Below are positions 9,937 to 19,968 of a stretch of 64,000 bases of DNA, in pieces. Within the stretch, counting starts at the first letter, position 1. Every line of letters starts with the position of its first letter. The stretch lies in NCBI GenBank assembly GCA_045863235.1, contig BTUM01000012.1, forward strand, positions 1-64,000. Reading direction: 5' to 3'. Below the pieces are notes generated by a model that saw only the letters and a list, made by a program, of their open reading frames with translations, had not been told where the DNA came from and made no database searches. This DNA is from Candidatus Xenobia bacterium. GTDB lineage: Bacteria; Vulcanimicrobiota; Xenobia; Xenobiales; QWHO01. Both the position numbers and the translations under genes were made by a program.

Positions 9937-10809
9937 ATGAGTGAAACCGCGGCGCCGGTCTTGAAGTGGGCCGGGGGAAAACGGGCCTTGCTCGGGCAGT
10001 ATGAGCCCCACCTTCCGGCCACGTTCCGTGCTTACCACGAGCCCTTCGTGGGAGGCGGAGCTGTCTTTTTCCACCTGCGGCCCCGACTCGAGCAGACGGT
10101 TCACCTCAGCGACGTCAACGCCGAGTTGATCAACCTGTACCGGGCTCTGCGCGACGAGTTGCCAGCCGTCATGAAACGCCTCGAGGAGCACCGCCGTCGT
10201 CACAACTCCGACTACTACTACAAGATCCGCTCGGTGCACCCTGACAAGCTCGATCCCACCCGCCGCGCCGCTCGCCTGATCTATCTCAACAAAACCTGTT
10301 ACAACGGGCTCTATCGGGTCAATGCCCGGGGGTATTTCAATGTGCCGCTGGGGCGCTACACCAACCCCACCATCCTCGACCGCGAGCGGCTCCAGGCCGC
10401 CAGCTCCGCTCTACAGGGCGTGGAGCTGCGCCAGGAGACCTTCGAGATGGTGCTCGAGCGCGCCGCGGAAGGCGACCTGGTCTACTTCGACCCGCCCTAC
10501 CAGCCCCTCACCCGCACGGCGAACTTTACCTCCTACACCGCCGACAGCTTCGCTGAGAGCGATCAAGCCCGCCTGGCCGAGGTCTACCGCGAGCTCGACC
10601 GGCGTGGCGTGCAGGTGCTCCTCAGCAACTCGGACACGCCCCTGGTGCGCAAGCTCTACCGAGGTTTTACCCTGCACGAGATCCAGGCCCCACGCTTCAT
10701 CAACTCCAAGGCCAGCCTGCGCAAGGCCATCGGCGAGCTGCTGGTGAGCAACCTCGAGCCGGCCCGCACGCCCACTCGCAAGAAGCGGGCTCTGGCCGCC
10801 TGTACATAA
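9937..10809 (+). CDS. dam: DNA adenine methyltransferase (Dam/D12 class), orphan
   Basis: LKWAGGK, EPFVGGG, LNKTCYNGLYRVN, YFDPPY, LSNSD; no adjacent nuclease gene. Confidence 0.9.
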   Translation: MSETAAPVLKWAGGKRALLGQYEPHLPATFRAYHEPFVGGGAVFFHLRPRLEQTVHLSDVNAELINLYRALRDELPAVMKRLEEHRRRHNSDYYYKIRSVHPDKLDPTRRAARLIYLNKTCYNGLYRVNARGYFNVPLGRYTNPTILDRERLQAASSALQGVELRQETFEMVLERAAEGDLVYFDPPYQPLTRTANFTSYTADSFAESDQARLAEVYRELDRRGVQVLLSNSDTPLVRKLYRGFTLHEIQAPRFINSKASLRKAIGELLVSNLEPARTPTRKKRALAACT

Positions 10810-10953
10810 GAGACCCCCGACGGTCGGGGGGGGTCATCCGTCGAGGGCCGGAAGAATTGCTTCTTCCGCCTCAACTGTAAGCTCTGAGCGCCGGGAAGCT
10901 AAGGCAGAGACGTATCATCTCGCTTTGGTAGGAACATCCTAGGGGATTTTTCC

Positions 10954-12438
10954 TCAGGAGCCCAGGTCACGCTCCACCGCGTAGGTGCTGCAGCGAATGG
11001 CCCCTTCGAGCTTGGAGATGGCGGCCATCTCCAGGGGCACGACCTCGAAACCGTTGTTGCGATAAATCTCGATGGCGATCTTGTCGAGCGGCTCGCAGCC
11101 ATAGGTGGGCAGGTAGACCTTGCGGACCGTCTCGCCGTCCTCTCCCGGGTAGACTTCCATCATGCAGTTGTTGTAGGTCAGGTAGGGCAGCTTCCAGGTC
11201 GTGCGCAGGCCGACCATGCTGGGCATGCGCTCCACCTCATAGCCCTCGGCTGCCAGTTGACGGGCCACATGGTCGTAGTTGGCCTGGCACTGGGGGCTGT
11301 TGTTAGCGGCGATGAGCTCGCCGATCACGTCCGAATCAGGGTCTAACCCGGCCTGACGAGCCATGGCCTGGTTCACGCTGGCCCGTTCCTCGGCTGAGAG
11401 CTTGGAGAACGCCTCGATGGCCAGGGCCGGGCTGCCCACCAGCATCTTGTTCTCGCCGATCGGCGTCACGCACATGTCGATATGGAAGGCGGGCTGCTCC
11501 TCCTTGATGGGAGTTGTCGGGTCATCCGCCCCGACGACCAGGACGTCTTTCTGGAAAGCCTTCTCGAAAACCAGCACCGGGACATCGCGCCACATCCGGG
11601 CCAGGCTGGACTCATCGGCCAGGTTGACCTCCTGCCCGGTCCAGGCCTCGTAGAACTTGCGAATGTCCTGCAGCCGCTCGGGGTCCTGGGCCAGCTCCTG
11701 CAAACGGGCCCGCGTGTGCTCGACCGAATCGCTCCCCACCAGCACCTGGTGGCGGTTGGAAACCAGGTTGCCGCCATCGATGCGCAGGGCCGGATGCGGA
11801 GACGAATCCAGATTGGCGTGAGCCCCATCGATCAGGGCAGGCACCCGGGCATCCTCGGGGCCCGGCCAGTAGGTGCGGTCCTGGATCATCAGCAGGGTGC
11901 GCCCGTCCGGCATGCGCACCGGCAGCATCGAATCGCGAATCCAGATCGAGAAGCCCTTCACCGTCTCAGCGGCCACCACGGTCACCCGGGCCGGGTCGGT
12001 GCCGGTCTCCTCCACCAGCCGGTGGATCGAGTCCACCCCGCGCTGATCGGCGCAGACGATGGTGAAGCGGCTGTCGGGAGCCATATTGCGCATCAGCTGG
12101 CCGTACATCCCCAGCACCGCGCTGCGGGTCTCCTCGGGCAGGGGGCGGTCGAACTCCACGTTGCCGAACTGGAAGGCCATGTGCTTGATCTTGCCGTGCG
12201 AGTCCGGAAAGAGCAGTCCCGCGCTGGCGAAAAGGGGCGGCAGGCCGGCGCAGGTGACCTGACCGGCCAGCTTGCACTGCTCCTGGGCCGCCTGCTCGGG
12301 GTCGAGTCGACACATGGGATGGTCGGCGTTGCTGCGCGAAACATGATCGAGGGGGTCAGGCGGGCTTTCCTCGGCACTGGCAGCGCTGGCCTGGGGCCGC
12401 GCGATGATCGGCATGGAGAGCGTGACGGGCTGCAGCAT
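10954..12438 (-). CDS. Pentein-fold (agmatine/peptidyl-arginine deiminase-like) enzyme with N-terminal extension
   Basis: SIWIRD, DGGN, FHIDM and C-terminal GAIRCST are the catalytic motifs of the amidinotransferase/deiminase superfamily. Confidence 0.75.
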   Translation of the reverse strand: MLQPVTLSMPIIARPQASAASAEESPPDPLDHVSRSNADHPMCRLDPEQAAQEQCKLAGQVTCAGLPPLFASAGLLFPDSHGKIKHMAFQFGNVEFDRPLPEETRSAVLGMYGQLMRNMAPDSRFTIVCADQRGVDSIHRLVEETGTDPARVTVVAAETVKGFSIWIRDSMLPVRMPDGRTLLMIQDRTYWPGPEDARVPALIDGAHANLDSSPHPALRIDGGNLVSNRHQVLVGSDSVEHTRARLQELAQDPERLQDIRKFYEAWTGQEVNLADESSLARMWRDVPVLVFEKAFQKDVLVVGADDPTTPIKEEQPAFHIDMCVTPIGENKMLVGSPALAIEAFSKLSAEERASVNQAMARQAGLDPDSDVIGELIAANNSPQCQANYDHVARQLAAEGYEVERMPSMVGLRTTWKLPYLTYNNCMMEVYPGEDGETVRKVYLPTYGCEPLDKIAIEIYRNNGFEVVPLEMAAISKLEGAIRCSTYAVERDLGS

Positions 12439-12444
12439 GGCTTC

Positions 12445-12478
12445 AGATTAACCCGCCCGACTGAAAAAACGCCAAAAG
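12445..12478 (-). promoter_or_regulatory. Heptamer direct-repeat promoter CTTTTGG-N4-TTTTCAG-N10-TAATCT, 6 nt before ATG
   Basis: Read directly; shared geometry with four other genes. Confidence 0.7.
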
Positions 12479-12500
12479 GCCCGCCGGAGCGGGCCTTTTG
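12473..12500. terminator. Intrinsic terminator (bidirectional shape) after the subtilase gene
   Basis: CAAAAGGCCCGC-CGGA-GCGGGCCTTTTG perfect hairpin. Confidence 0.8.
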
Positions 12501-12549
12501 AAGTGGGGCACTGAAGGCGGACTGCCAAACCTTCAGCTGGGTTTTCCGA

Positions 12550-13983
12550 TCAGGCCCGGCGCACTTCCTCGAGCGCCTTCTCGGCGTTGACGAAGCCAGT
12601 GCCCTGCTCGTTGCCGGACAGGTTGCCCATCGAGTCGGCCGTGCGACGCAGGATGTCCTTGGTCTCGGCCGGGTTGATGTCGCGCACCTGCTCGAGCTGA
12701 GCGGCCACGCCCGCCACCAGCGGGGCGGCGAACGAGGTGCCGGGGGCGGCGATCAGGCCCGGGGCCGGGATGGCCACGGCCGGCAGGTTGGGCTTCACCA
12801 GCTCCTCGACCTCTTCGCTTGAACGGTTCTGGATGTCGGCCGGCAGACCCAGCGCGTCGACCAGCTCAGGGCGCTGCTTGAGCAACTTCTTGAGGTCGTC
12901 GCCGCTCATGTCGCGCAGGCGCTGCACGACTTCGCCCGTCTGCTGCATCTCCGAGCCCTCGACGCTCCAGCTCGAGATCCACTCGCCCGGGGCGATGACG
13001 TCCGGCTTGATCAGCCCGTCGTCGGTGGGTCCGCGGGAGGAGAACTCGCTCAGGGTGCGGGGATTGAGGGCCGCGCCCACGGCGATGGCGGCGTCGGAAT
13101 CGGCCGGCGAGCCCAGCGTGCGCCCATCCGGACCCGAGTTGCCGGCCGCGGCAATGACCGTGATGCCCGAGCGGGCGGCCAGTTGCACGGCCCGGTTGAC
13201 CGGGTCCTGCGTGTCAGGGAAGCCGTCCGGGGCGCCGCCGAGGGACATGTTGATTACGTCCACGTCCAGGCGTCCGGCCTTCTTCTCGTTGACGACCCAC
13301 TGCAGGCCGCGAATGATGTCGGAGGGACGGCCCGTGCCGTTGTCGCCCATCACCTTGACGGCCACGATCTCGGCCTCAGGCGCGGTCTGCAGCACGTCGC
13401 CGGCCACGTGGGTGCCGTGACCCACCGGGTCGACGGGGGTGGTGTTGCCCGGGTTGGTGATGTCTTTCCAGGCCTTCAGCTCGAACTGGGGATGGTCAAA
13501 GCCCGAATCGAGCACGGCCACGATCTGGCCCTTGCCGGTGATGCCCTGCTGCTGCAGGCTGTCGGACTTGAGCCAGGGGACGGGGGTTACCTCGGGCATC
13601 TTCCAGTCGAAGCCGAAGCCGGCGAACTCCCAACCATCGGAGTTGGAGCCGCTGCGCGGGATGCTGGGCATCAGCTGGCGCGGGCTGTTGTCATAGACGG
13701 TGTAGCCCTGCTCTTTGAGCTCGGCCAGCTTCTTGTCGTCCACCCGGGCGGTGACGCCGAAGTTGTCGAGCGACTCGCTGACCTGCACGCCCTTCTTGGC
13801 CAGGTCACTGCTGAGGTCGACCGGGTCGGCTCCCATCATCAGGTCGCCCTCGCCACCCACGATGATGACATCCTTCAGGCCGTCCGAAACCGGCTCGGTG
13901 GACTTGAAGGGCGACTCGCCGTTGACGAGCTCGCGAATGCGGGTCAGCTGCTGGGGGCTGTAGCTCTGGATGGGGGTGTTCAT
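12550..13983 (-). CDS. S8 subtilisin-like serine protease, no Sec signal
   Basis: Triad motifs VLDSG, HGTHVAG, GTSFAAP; oxyanion AAGNSG; SD GGAGG. Confidence 0.93.
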   Translation of the reverse strand: MNTPIQSYSPQQLTRIRELVNGESPFKSTEPVSDGLKDVIIVGGEGDLMMGADPVDLSSDLAKKGVQVSESLDNFGVTARVDDKKLAELKEQGYTVYDNSPRQLMPSIPRSGSNSDGWEFAGFGFDWKMPEVTPVPWLKSDSLQQQGITGKGQIVAVLDSGFDHPQFELKAWKDITNPGNTTPVDPVGHGTHVAGDVLQTAPEAEIVAVKVMGDNGTGRPSDIIRGLQWVVNEKKAGRLDVDVINMSLGGAPDGFPDTQDPVNRAVQLAARSGITVIAAAGNSGPDGRTLGSPADSDAAIAVGAALNPRTLSEFSSRGPTDDGLIKPDVIAPGEWISSWSVEGSEMQQTGEVVQRLRDMSGDDLKKLLKQRPELVDALGLPADIQNRSSEEVEELVKPNLPAVAIPAPGLIAAPGTSFAAPLVAGVAAQLEQVRDINPAETKDILRRTADSMGNLSGNEQGTGFVNAEKALEEVRRA

Positions 13984-14148
13984 CTGGTGGACCTCCGTCT
14001 GTGTTCGTTCTGGCTCCGCGTTGCATTATGCCAAAGGGGGCTTTCAGGGTTTGTTAAGAGCAAATGAACAGATCCCCGGACTTCCGGGAGCCCTTCCGTT
14101 TACAATTTGGCAAAGATTCACAGAGCCTGGGAACGCTATCCTGTCAGC

Positions 14149-15177
14149 ATGCACATCCAGCCGCGCTTCACCGCTCCAGTCTCCTCGAGCTCCGCTCCCC
14201 GCCGCGACGCCCAGACTCCCGTCAACGAGCAACGCCTGGTGGATACCTTCCTGCGCCTGGTGCAGGTGCCCGGCCCGTCGCTGCGCGAGCGCCCCATCGC
14301 CGACCAGCTCAAGAAGGAGCTGGGCGAGCTGGGCCTGACGGCTCGCGAGGATGATGCCGGCAAGGTGCTGGGCGGCAACGCCGGCAACCTGATCGTGAGC
14401 ATCCCGGGCAACGTGGCCGAGGCTCCCTCGCTGCTGTTTGCCTGCCACATGGACACGGTGCCGCTGGCCGTGGGCGTGAAGCCTCAGATCGAGAACGGCA
14501 TCATCAAGTCGGACGGGACAACCGCCCTGGGCGGCGACAACCGGGCCGGCTGCGCCGAGGTGCTGGAGGCCATCCGCGAGATCAAGGAGCAGAACCTGCC
14601 CCACGGACCCATCCAGCTGGTTTTTACGGTGGCCGAGGAGCGCGGGCTCTTAGGCGCCCAGGAGCTCGATCCGACCCAGTTGCAGGCCGACTTCGCTTAC
14701 GCCGTGGACGTGTTCAAGCCTCACCAGATCTTCACCCAGGGCCGCCATCTCCTCAACCAGCCGATCGTGCTCGACGAGCACACCATGGACAGGCTGCACA
14801 CCGAGCGCCAGAACGCGCCCATCCAGCCTCCCGACTGGTTGCGCCTGACTTTTGAAGAGCGCGAGATCCTCAACTTCACAGCCGGGGCGATGCAAGACAT
14901 CGGCTTCACGCCCGAGTTCCGCAAGCTCGAATGGGGCGGCACCGACGCCATCGCCCTGCGCCAGCACGGGTTCAACGCCATCAGCCTGGGGGCGGGCGAG
15001 AACAACCCCCACACCCGGCGCGAGACCGTCGAGATCAAGGACCTGGTGGATGCCACCCGGCTGATCAAGGGCCTGGTGGCCCGGGCGGCGGCGGTGGGCC
15101 AGGAGCGCCAGGCTGCCCGCCAGGCGGCCGCGGCGGTGGGCGGACCGGTGGGAGCAGCGCTGGCTCAGGCCGCCTGA
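14149..15177 (+). CDS. M20/M25/M40 family metallopeptidase with Ser/Pro-rich N-terminal extension
   Basis: CHMDTV, LGGDNRAG, AEERGLLGA, GGTD, NPHTRRE; start set at ATG 14149, 6 nt after TATCCT. Confidence 0.85.
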   Translation: MHIQPRFTAPVSSSSAPRRDAQTPVNEQRLVDTFLRLVQVPGPSLRERPIADQLKKELGELGLTAREDDAGKVLGGNAGNLIVSIPGNVAEAPSLLFACHMDTVPLAVGVKPQIENGIIKSDGTTALGGDNRAGCAEVLEAIREIKEQNLPHGPIQLVFTVAEERGLLGAQELDPTQLQADFAYAVDVFKPHQIFTQGRHLLNQPIVLDEHTMDRLHTERQNAPIQPPDWLRLTFEEREILNFTAGAMQDIGFTPEFRKLEWGGTDAIALRQHGFNAISLGAGENNPHTRRETVEIKDLVDATRLIKGLVARAAAVGQERQAARQAAAAVGGPVGAALAQAA

Positions 15178-15653
15178 TCGACCTCCAGGGCCCCCATGGT
15201 GGCCACCGTAAAGCCCAGAAAGGCGCCGCATGGCAGCGCGATCGGGGCTGAGAGCACCAGGATGACGGGGATGGCGTTGAGCCACGTCCAGAGCAGCGCC
15301 GGCACGGTCACCGCATCGGGCACGATGGTGAGGTGCCACAGCAACGCCAGGAGCGCGGCCACGGGCGCGTTGGCCCAACCCAGCACGCCCCCCAGCAGCG
15401 TGCCCGTGGCCAGTCGGCGCAGCAGAGTTCCCGGGCGAAACGGGCCCAGCGTCCAGTCCAGCAGCCAGGCCGCCAGCGCTGCTCCGGGGGCCACCGGCCA
15501 GAGCAACTCCAGGCTGTTGGGCAGGCTCACGAACATGGGAAACATGTCGTAGCCGAGCCACTTGGCCAGGGTGCGCACCTCCAGGTAGAGCCAGGGGGAA
15601 AGAGCGCCGATGACCAGCGCGATCACCCAGGGCCGAGCAAAGAACCTGGCCAA
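15165..15653 (-). CDS. Hypothetical membrane protein (about 4 TM)
   Basis: Hydrophobic ORF starting 1 nt after the SLT stop. Confidence 0.7.
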   Translation of the reverse strand: MARFFARPWVIALVIGALSPWLYLEVRTLAKWLGYDMFPMFVSLPNSLELLWPVAPGAALAAWLLDWTLGPFRPGTLLRRLATGTLLGGVLGWANAPVAALLALLWHLTIVPDAVTVPALLWTWLNAIPVILVLSAPIALPCGAFLGFTVATMGALEVDQAA

Positions 15654-15654
15654 C

Positions 15655-16404
15655 TTAAGCAGGTCGATCGCGCAGAGCCAGGATGCGGCCTGGATAGTGG
15701 GCCATCTCGCGGTATTTGCGCAGGGCCCGCGCTTCGCCGAAAATCTCCTTGACCGCGTGGTAGAGCGGGGACTGACGCGGATTGTCCACCGGAGCGATCA
15801 GGTTGCTCCACTTGCGCGGGTCGACCCCGTCGTCGCACGCTCTGGCCATGGCGCGCAGCACGGTGCCGCCGCCCCCGTTGTAGGCGGCCAGATCCAGATG
15901 CCACAGGTCGTCCCCGGTGGGCAGGCCCAGCCGCTGGTAGGCGTCGGCCACTTTGGCGCCGTACGGGGTGTTGGGGTTCGGGTTGGTGATCACGCGGTGC
16001 TTCTCGTGCAGCACCGCCACCCCCACCGGCAGGGCTCTGGCCGGAATCTTGCGCTCGTCCACCGGACGCAGCTTGAGCCCGTGGGCGGTGGCCGTGGCGG
16101 GCGTCAACTGCACCAGTCCGGCCGCCCCGGTGGGGCTGACCGCAGTGGGGTCGAAGGCGCTCTCGACGGCCACCAGGGCTTTGAAAAGGCGCGGGTCGAG
16201 CACGGGCTCGCCCGCGGGCCAGCCGGTCACGGCCTGAGCGATCTGATTGTTGAAGAGGTTCTCGCGGGCTCCATAGCCCCAGTTGGTGCGCAGGGGGTCG
16301 GTGGGCTGGTCGCGGCGGCATGCTGGCTCCGGCGTTTCGGGAGCGCAAGCGGGCCGGGCCAGCCAGGCCCTCGGGGACAGCCCGGGGGTCAGCAGCACGT
16401 TCAT
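15655..16404 (-). CDS. Lytic transglycosylase (SLT domain), no Sec signal
   Basis: AVESAF, GAAGLVQL and AAYNGG motifs; paralog of 49601..50500. Confidence 0.88.
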   Translation of the reverse strand: MNVLLTPGLSPRAWLARPACAPETPEPACRRDQPTDPLRTNWGYGARENLFNNQIAQAVTGWPAGEPVLDPRLFKALVAVESAFDPTAVSPTGAAGLVQLTPATATAHGLKLRPVDERKIPARALPVGVAVLHEKHRVITNPNPNTPYGAKVADAYQRLGLPTGDDLWHLDLAAYNGGGGTVLRAMARACDDGVDPRKWSNLIAPVDNPRQSPLYHAVKEIFGEARALRKYREMAHYPGRILALRDRPA

Positions 16405-16405
16405 G

Positions 16406-17101
16406 TCAACGCACCGCCATCAGGTATTCGAGCGGGTCGCCCGGGGCCAGCAGGTACTCCTCGGGCGGCGGCTCGGGGTCTTGCTGCTCGGCGGGTGGAT
16501 CGGGGCGGATCTCGCCCTCCACCGCGAAATAGTCGCGCACTCCCCGGGCGATGGCGCCAGCGGTGTTCTCGCGAAACTGCGGGTCGGCCAGCAGGGCCTC
16601 GTTGCCCGAGTGCGAGAGGTAGGCGGTCTCCACCAGCACGGCTGGCATGTGGGTGTTGCGCACCACGTAGAAGTCCGACTTGCGAACCCCGTTGGATTTG
16701 AGCGGCAGCTCGTCCACCATGTGCTGGTGGATCAAGCGCCCCAGCACCTTGGATCGACTGGAGGCGTTGCGGGCGTGGTAGACCTCGGTTCCGTGCACTT
16801 CAGGATTGGTGTTGGAGTTAGAGTGCACGCTGACGAAGATGTCGGCCGGCCACTGGTTGGCCAGGTCACAACGGGCCTGCAGGTCGTCGCGCAGACTGCC
16901 GCCAGGCAAAACTTCGGTGTCGCTGGTGCGGGTCATGCGCACCTCGGCGCCCATCTCCTCGAGGTCCTCCTGCAACTCCTGGGAAACGTGCAGGTTGACG
17001 TCCTTTTCTCTCAGCCCGGTGCGTCCGATGGCGCCGGCAAAGCGCCCGCCGTGACCCGGGTCGATCATGACCTTCTTGCCCGCCAGTGGCAGCGCGTTCA
17101 T
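16406..17101 (-). CDS. N-acetylmuramoyl-L-alanine amidase (Amidase_3), no signal peptide
   Basis: IDPGHGG, EKDVNL, FVSVHSNS, PAVLVETAYLS; start set at ATG 17101 behind GGAGG. Confidence 0.92.
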   Translation of the reverse strand: MNALPLAGKKVMIDPGHGGRFAGAIGRTGLREKDVNLHVSQELQEDLEEMGAEVRMTRTSDTEVLPGGSLRDDLQARCDLANQWPADIFVSVHSNSNTNPEVHGTEVYHARNASSRSKVLGRLIHQHMVDELPLKSNGVRKSDFYVVRNTHMPAVLVETAYLSHSGNEALLADPQFRENTAGAIARGVRDYFAVEGEIRPDPPAEQQDPEPPPEEYLLAPGDPLEYLMAVR

Positions 17102-17235
17102 GGGTTGGCCTCCGCCCGATATCATTATCGACCGCTCCTGTCGTCGCTGAAATATCGCACCCATCATAGGCAGTTCTCCCCGGTGAGTTGTTACGGCGAG
17201 GTAAACCCCCCAGAGGGCCGAAGCTCATACCAGGC

Positions 17236-18804
17236 ATGTGGGATTTCGTGGTGGTGGGCTCCGGGTTCGGAGGCAGCGTGGCCAGCCTGCGCCTGGTCGA
17301 GAAGGGGTATCGGGTGTTGCTGCTCGAGAAGGGGCGACGCTTTGCTCCAGAGGATTTCCCCTCCACAAACTGGGATCTCCAGCGCTGGATGTGGGCCCCG
17401 GCCCTGGGCCTGCGCGGCCCCTTCAAGATGACCTTCCTGCCCCACCTGACGGCACTCTCCGGGGTGGGGGTGGGCGGCGGCTCGCTCATCTACGCCAACA
17501 CCCTGCCCACTCCCGGCAAGGGGTTCTTCCAGTCGCCCTCCTGGGCCGACCTGGCCGATTGGGAAACCGAGCTCGAGCCCCACTATGCGAGCGCCCGGCG
17601 CATGCTGGGCGCGGTCGAGAACCGCATGCTGACCGACCCCGACCGGGTGCTGCGCAACGTGGCCGAGCGAGTGGGCCAGCCCGGCGACTACGGCCCCACC
17701 CAGGTGGGGGTCTACTTCGGCCAGCCGGGCGTCACCGTCGACGACCCTTACTTTGGCGGGGAGGGCCCCCCGCGCACCGGCTGCATCGGTTGCGGGGGCT
17801 GCATGCTCGGCTGCCGCTTCGGGGCCAAGAACACGCTGGACAAGAACTACCTCTACCTGGCTGAGAAGCGCGGGCTGGTGATCCGGGCCGAGTCCAAGGT
17901 CGACTGGGTGCGTCCGGCCGATCCTGACGGCTACTGGGTGGAGACGCTGGAGGCCGGCGAGCGCCGCCTGCACCGCACTCGCAACGTGGTTTTCAGCGGC
18001 GGCGTGCTGGGCACCGTGCCCCTGCTCTTGAAGCTGCGCGAGTCGGCCCACGGCCTGCCGCTGCTGTCGGCCCGCCTGGGGAGCCGCGTGCGCACCAACT
18101 CCGAGGCTCTGATCGGGGTGACCACCAGCCGTCGCGACCTGGACATGTCGCGCGGGGTGGCCATCGGCTCCATCTTCCAGACCGACGAGCACTCCCACCT
18201 CGAGCCCTGCCGCTACCCGGCCGGCTCGAACTTCTTCCGGGTGCTGACCACCCCCCACGTACCGGGCCACAACTTCATCGAGCGCTGCAAGAACCTGGTC
18301 ACCATCCTGCGCACCCGCCCCCGGCCAGCCATCCGCGCCTGGCTGACCCGCGACCTGGCCCGCACCACCATGATCCTGCTCTATATGCGCAGCCTGGAGG
18401 GCCACCTCAAGCTGCACCTGGGCCGCTCTCCCTGGACGGGTTATCTGCGCGGCATGGTGACCTCGCTGGAGGACGGCCCCACCCCCACCTGCTCGATCCC
18501 CGAGGCCACCGAACTGGCCGAGCAGATCGCCGAGGAGGTGGAGGGCTTCCCCCAGAGCCTGATCACCGAGACCTTGCTGGGCATTCCCACCACCGCCCAC
18601 ATCCTGGGCGGCTGCTGCATGGGGGCCAGCGCCGAGGAGGGCGTGATCGACGCCCAGCACCGGGTCTACGGCTATCCGGGCCTGTACGTGATGGACGGCT
18701 CAGCCATCAGCGCCAATCCAGGTGTGAACCCGTCTTTGACCATCACCGCCCTGGCCGAGCGGGCTATGGAGCGGCTGCAAGGTCCGCTCGCCACTCCCCG
18801 ATGA
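17236..18804 (+). CDS. GMC-family oxidoreductase (cholesterol oxidase-like)
   Basis: GSGFGG, GVGGGSLIYAN, CIGCGGCMLGC, TAHILGG, NPSLTITALAER. Confidence 0.88.
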   Translation: MWDFVVVGSGFGGSVASLRLVEKGYRVLLLEKGRRFAPEDFPSTNWDLQRWMWAPALGLRGPFKMTFLPHLTALSGVGVGGGSLIYANTLPTPGKGFFQSPSWADLADWETELEPHYASARRMLGAVENRMLTDPDRVLRNVAERVGQPGDYGPTQVGVYFGQPGVTVDDPYFGGEGPPRTGCIGCGGCMLGCRFGAKNTLDKNYLYLAEKRGLVIRAESKVDWVRPADPDGYWVETLEAGERRLHRTRNVVFSGGVLGTVPLLLKLRESAHGLPLLSARLGSRVRTNSEALIGVTTSRRDLDMSRGVAIGSIFQTDEHSHLEPCRYPAGSNFFRVLTTPHVPGHNFIERCKNLVTILRTRPRPAIRAWLTRDLARTTMILLYMRSLEGHLKLHLGRSPWTGYLRGMVTSLEDGPTPTCSIPEATELAEQIAEEVEGFPQSLITETLLGIPTTAHILGGCCMGASAEEGVIDAQHRVYGYPGLYVMDGSAISANPGVNPSLTITALAERAMERLQGPLATPR

Positions 18805-19909
18805 GCTCTTGCACCACCGACTGAAGCGAGCCGCTGCGCTGGTGGACCTGACGCTGGCGGTGGTAGCTGGCTCCCTGCTCGAGCGTCCGGCGGATGGGCT
18901 GCAAGTGGCGCAGACATCCGAGTTTCAGGGCGATCGGCTCGAGCTCTTCGAGCAACTCCCACCAGATCTCGCGCACCGGGCGGGTTTCCCCCTGCTCGTT
19001 GACGATGAGCTCGGCCTCCAGCCCGTAGCGGGCTGCCCGCCACTTGTTCTCGCGCAGACGCCAGGTGGAGGCGGGCCGGGGATGCTCGCGCACCGCTTCG
19101 AGCCAGGCCATCAGGCACTGGACCAGGGCGACCAGCGAGAGGGTCTCGGTCAGGGTTGACTGGCTGTCGCACATGCGCAGCTCGATCGTGCCGTAGAGGG
19201 GGCTGGGCCGGATGTCCCACCACAGGTCCTTCAGGCTGGTGATGGCTCCGGCTCGGAACAGCTTGTCGCTCAGCTGCTCAAATTCGCTCCAGCTTCGATA
19301 CGAGGGCGGCGTTCCGCTGGCCGGATGGGCCTCGTAGGCGGTGATGCGCGACGACGCCAGGCCGGTATCGTGGCCCTCGAGAAAGGGAGAGCTGGCCGAA
19401 AGGGCCAGCAGGGCTGCCATGTAGGGGGCCAGGTCATTGATCATGGCCACGGCGTGATCGCCGTTTCTGGCTCCCACGTGGATGTGGAGCCCAAACACGC
19501 TGCAGCGTCGAGTGATCCATTGAGTTCGCTCGAGCACCTCGACGTAGCGCGTCTTGGGGAAGAGAACATGGGCATCCATGGCCGCCAAGGGGTGGGTTCC
19601 CGCGCTCATCACCTCCACTCCCTCCAGGTCGGCTACAGCGGCCAGCCGACGCGCCGCCTGGCGCAGGTCGGTCTCGACCTCGTCGAGGTTGCGGCAGATT
19701 CCGGTGGTGAGCTCGAGCATGGATTGGAAGAGCTCGGCCTTGAGCTGGGGCGACTCTCCCCCGAGACGGGCGAGCAAGCGGCTGGCGGCCGGGGAGGGCT
19801 GCAGAGTGCGCCAATCCACGAGCTGCACCTCGACCTCCACGCCCAGAGTACCGAACTGGGAGCTGACAAAGCTCAATGACTGACCCTGAGCCGATTGCAG
19901 GTGTTGCAT
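18764..19909 (-). CDS. ybdK: YbdK-family carboxylate-amine ligase (glutamate-cysteine ligase 2)
   Basis: TLGVEVEVQLVD, AGTHP, FGLHIHVG, WWDIRPSP, GTIELRMCD, ENKWRAARYG. Confidence 0.9.
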   Translation of the reverse strand: MQHLQSAQGQSLSFVSSQFGTLGVEVEVQLVDWRTLQPSPAASRLLARLGGESPQLKAELFQSMLELTTGICRNLDEVETDLRQAARRLAAVADLEGVEVMSAGTHPLAAMDAHVLFPKTRYVEVLERTQWITRRCSVFGLHIHVGARNGDHAVAMINDLAPYMAALLALSASSPFLEGHDTGLASSRITAYEAHPASGTPPSYRSWSEFEQLSDKLFRAGAITSLKDLWWDIRPSPLYGTIELRMCDSQSTLTETLSLVALVQCLMAWLEAVREHPRPASTWRLRENKWRAARYGLEAELIVNEQGETRPVREIWWELLEELEPIALKLGCLRHLQPIRRTLEQGASYHRQRQVHQRSGSLQSVVQELIGEWRADLAAAP

Positions 19910-19968
19910 GCAACAGCATCCTCTCTACCTGTGGGGAGAGACGGCAAAAGCGCGCAGATCTCTTCCCA

